A stretch of 64,000 bases of DNA from Raja brachyura (Eukaryota): assembly GCA_963514005.1 (NCBI GenBank), contig OY740802.1:7378001-7442000 (forward strand), read 5' to 3'. Positions 60,637-64,000 of the stretch are shown piece after piece. A model generated the notes under the pieces. That model was given only the letters and a program-made list of their open reading frames with translations, did not search any database and was not told the origin of the DNA. The translations under genes were made by a program, and so were the position numbers. Positions within the stretch are counted from its first letter, which is position 1. Every line of letters begins with the position of its first letter.

Positions 60637-61404
60637 AGAGACGCTGCCTGTCCCGCTGAGTTCAAAAAGAACATTTGGCAGTGTATTTGATGTATTTTGT
60701 GTTCCAAGTACAGCAAAACTGATTGTCAGTAATGAATTAAAGAATTAAGCATCAAGGTAAGAACTTCAACTGAGGTGTTTTGCTCGAGAGGTGAAGCTGG
60801 GGACTTGGATTGACTGTCAAATGGATTCACAAGTTCACAAGTTGTAGGAGTAGAATTAGGCCATTCGGCCCATCGAGTCTCCGCCATTCAATCATGCCTG
60901 ACCTCTGCTTCCTAATCCCATTTTCCTGCCTTCTCACCTTAACCCTTGACCCCCCCTCCCCATTCTAATCAAGAATTCATGCGCGTAAAAATGGAGGAAA
61001 AGAAGGCTTTATTTTCTGGAAGGTAGACAAAAATGCTGGAGAAACTCAGCGGGTGAGGCAGCACCTATGCAGTGAAGAAAATAGGCTACGCTTTGGTTCC
61101 AGACCCTTCTTCAGACCCTTTCTTTTCTGGACCTGGCTGTTTGGGTTCTTGTGCATTGTAGAAGAATGGGTAATTGTTGTTGTCAGATAAATATTGAAAC
61201 ACCGTAAGAATTTGTACAGCTACAGGTAATGTGCATGCAATTCTTGAAATATTCATAAACAGAATGTGTGTACATCAAAATGTCCACAGATTAAAAAGAC
61301 AGCTTGGTGTTGGACGATCAGGTTGCCACTGTGTTTGCCTTTGGCTTCATCAGTTATCGAGTCTGGTTCGAGTCAGGTACATAGAGCATGGCGCTGGTAC
61401 ATGG

Positions 61405-61685
61405 AGCGTGGCGCAGCGGTAGAGTTGCTGCCTCGCAGCGCCAGAGCCCCGGGTTCGATCTTGACTGTACAGAGTTTCTAACTTCTCCCGCGACCGGTGT
61501 GGGTTTTCTCCGGGTGCTCTGGTTTCCTCCCACACTCCAAAGACGTGCAGGTTTGAAGGTTAATTGGCTTCGGTAAAAATTTGTAAGCTGTGACTGTGTT
61601 AGTGTACGGGGTGATCGCTGGTCGGAGTGGACTCGGTGGGCCGAAGGGCCTGTTTCTGTGCTGATTCTCTAAAACGTAAATACTA
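61405..61685 (+). mobile_element. HE1/V-SINE-type SINE
   Basis: gtggcgcagcggtagagttgctgcctc...tail. Confidence 0.8.
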
Positions 61686-62190
61686 AAGGAAAGCCCAACA
61701 TTGGTGACCCTCTGACTGTCTTTGATCGGCCCTTATGGCTTTATCTTGCACTCAACATTATTCGCCGCCATCAGTGTATAGATACACTGTAAATGACTCA
61801 ATTGTAAACATGTGTTGTCTTTCCGCTGACTGGCTAGCGCCCAGCAAAAGCTTCTCACTGCACCTCGGTACACGTGACAATAAACTAAACTGACAACTGA
61901 CAAATAGTGGGTGAATCAATCAATGTTTCATCAAAGAAAGGCTGGTAATCCCAAATAATTATTGTTTAGTTGACACATGAGCAGGAGTGGAATTAATTAC
62001 ATTTTAAATTAACTTTATCTGTGGCAGGTCATGAACGCAGCTGCCGTTAAACCTGCCCTTGCACGCTGTTAGGTTATAGGTTTAGTTGCCTGCCAGGATT
62101 CTGGAAGAGTGAGTGTTTACATCCCAGCACGGGATAGCAGGCCTCCGAGGCAGGAATGAACAGGCCTCGTGACTCGACCAATCCGACTAA

Positions 62191-62423
62191 AGGGCCTGTC
62201 CCACTTGGCGATTCTTTCGGCGACTGCTGGTGTCCTATCAGGGTCACCAAAAGATATTGAACATTTCAAAATCCAGCGGCGACAAAAAAATTGTTGCAAC
62301 ATTTGAAACAGCGCGCGTCAATACGTCATCACGCCACGACACGGCGCAAATTTTTCGGTGACCTGATACGTCAGTAAATGATGCCGGCAGCCGCTGGAAA
62401 AATCGCCAAGTGGGACAGGCCCT
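62191..62423. mobile_element. PIF/Harbinger-type MITE
   Basis: TAA|AGGGCCTGTCCCACTTGGCGATT...AATCGCCAAGTGGGACAGGCCCT|TAA, a 23-bp perfect TIR. Confidence 0.9.
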
Positions 62424-63247
62424 TAAAGGTTATGAAAATGGCAGCTCAAAGAATTAAGTCAGAAATGCCCTATCGAGTGACTTTAACTTTAGAGATACAG
62501 CGCAGAAACAGGCCCTTGGGCCCACCGTGTCCGCGCCGCACAGCGAACACCCCGTACACTGCCATTATCCGACACACTCGGGACAATTTAGAATTTTACT
62601 GAACCTGCACGTCTTCGGAGTGTGGGAGGAAACCGGAACATTCGGAGAAAACCCATGCGGTTACGGGGAGAACGTGCAAACTCCGTACAGACAGCACCCG
62701 TAGTTGATCCCTTACAGATTATGCAAGTTTTTCTACCCATGTATAAATTCCAAAAAATTAAGTATTAGTTATGCAAAGAAAAACAGTGTGACTGTTGCTA
62801 ATCAAAAATAGAAATGAAATTTTGGTTAATTAAATGAAATTTTACAATTTACAGAAGCAAATTAACCTACAAACCCGCACGTCTTTGGAGTGTGGGAGGA
62901 AACCGAAGCACCCGGAGAAAACCCACGTGGTTACGGGGCGATTTCCAATATTCCAGGACAACAGACTGATCAGGATGATAAAAATGGGAACAAAAATGGA
63001 TGAGTTCTTTGTCCCTTCACTCACTTGTTTGCATTTGGAGTCGTGTGTTTCGGTTTGATCACCCACCCTGCTACAGGAAGGACGTTATTAAGCTGGAAAG
63101 AGTGAGGAGAAGAGTTACGTGAATTTTGCCAATGTTTGAGGGCCTGGGGATTAGGGAGAGGTTGAGCAGGCTAGGACTTTATTCCTTGGAGCGCTGCAGG
63201 ATGAGGGATGATGTTATAGAGGTGTATAAGATCATGAGGGGAACATG

Positions 63248-63553
63248 GCATGTGGCCTTGGTAACGCAGTAGTAGTTACAATGCTTGCAGCGCCGGAGAC
63301 CCGGGTTCGATCCAGAGTACGGGTGCTGTCTGTACGGAGTTTGTACGTTCTCCCCTTGACCGTGTGGGTTTTCTCCTGGATCTTCAGTTTCCTCCCACAC
63401 TCCAAAGACATACAGGTATGTAGGTTAATTGGCTTGGTGTATGTGTCAATTGTCCCGAGTGCGTGTAGGGTAGTGTTAATGTGTGGGGATCGTTGCTCGG
63501 TGCGGACTCGGTGGGCCGGAGGGCCTGTTTCCGCGCGGTATCTCGAAACTAAA
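63248..63553 (+). mobile_element. HE1/V-SINE-type SINE nested in a CR1 fragment (about 63065-63785)
   Basis: SINE interrupts atcatgagggga...agggtaaatgcac of CR1. Confidence 0.8.
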
Positions 63554-64000
63554 CGTCACAGGGTAAATGCACACCCCTTCTCATAATAGAGGAATCAAGA
63601 ACCAGAGGACGTAGGTTTAAGGTGAGCGGGGGGGGGGGGGGGGGGAGGTTTAATAGGAACTGAGGGGCAATTTTTTCACACAGAGGGTGGTGGGTGTATG
63701 GAACGAGCTGGCCGAGGAGGTAGTTGAGGGAAGAACTATTTCAACATTTACTAGACATTTAGACAGGTACATGGATAGGAAAGTGTGGATTGATGTTGCA
63801 TGTTAACCAATAACACACAAGCCAGCATCTCTAACTCCACCCCACTGTAATACTTATTCTAACACTTGTTTCCAGCACGGGCAGTTGGAGCAGCCAGGAT
63901 GTGCTGACAACTAATCATCCTTCATGCTGTTAAGTTTCAGTGCTGATTAAAGATGAATCACGTACTGAGTCTGGAGTCCGTTTACATGGTGTCAGAAGTG

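Larger units (their letters stand above)
60370..60662. mobile_element. Penelope-derived palindromic element hosting the HDV-headed insertion
   Basis: gacacaaaatgctgg...; intact + strand hammerhead core 60447-60474; right arm resumes after 60647 (ctgtcccgctgagtt). Confidence 0.75.

Noticed and set aside
1-64000. CRISPR array, operon or prokaryotic defence system
   Set aside because: The sequence is an intron-rich vertebrate locus; repeats are dispersed TEs, not regularly spaced repeat-spacer units, and no cas-like ORF is present.
48436-64000. A second protein-coding gene downstream of PREX1
   Set aside because: No exon-like translation recognised on either strand; recognisable ORFs map to TEs. 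Short or divergent exons cannot be excluded without RNA data.

Overview
Vertebrate genomic DNA, not prokaryotic. The repeat content (HE1/V-SINE-type tRNA SINEs sharing a 3' tail with CR1/HER1 LINEs) points to a cartilaginous fish, probably a skate or ray (inference). The + strand carries the last 17 coding exons of PREX1, a PIP3-dependent Rac exchanger (C-terminal IP4P-like region). They run from 2692 to the stop at 44082, all with GT-AG junctions, and splice in frame to 2166 nt (721 aa + stop). A probable long 3' UTR follows, then about 15 kb with no recognisable gene. Introns and flank are dense with transposon debris: CR1, Rex1/Babar, RTE, Vingi-like and Penelope retroelements, PIF/Harbinger, hAT-like and Tc1/pogo MITEs, a probable Helitron and a solo LTR. 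The most interesting signals are ribozyme-bearing mini-retroelements. (1) A 134-bp element (60503-60636) begins exactly at G1 of a minimal, CPEB3-like HDV-fold ribozyme, ends in a Vingi-like (AAG)n tail and has an 11-bp target-site duplication (TSD). (2) A family of Penelope-derived, often palindromic elements carries minimal hammerhead cores and 10-14 bp TSDs; best example 55231-55456. All folding and family calls were made by eye and from memory; no searches were run. Repeat boundaries without a TSD are approximate.
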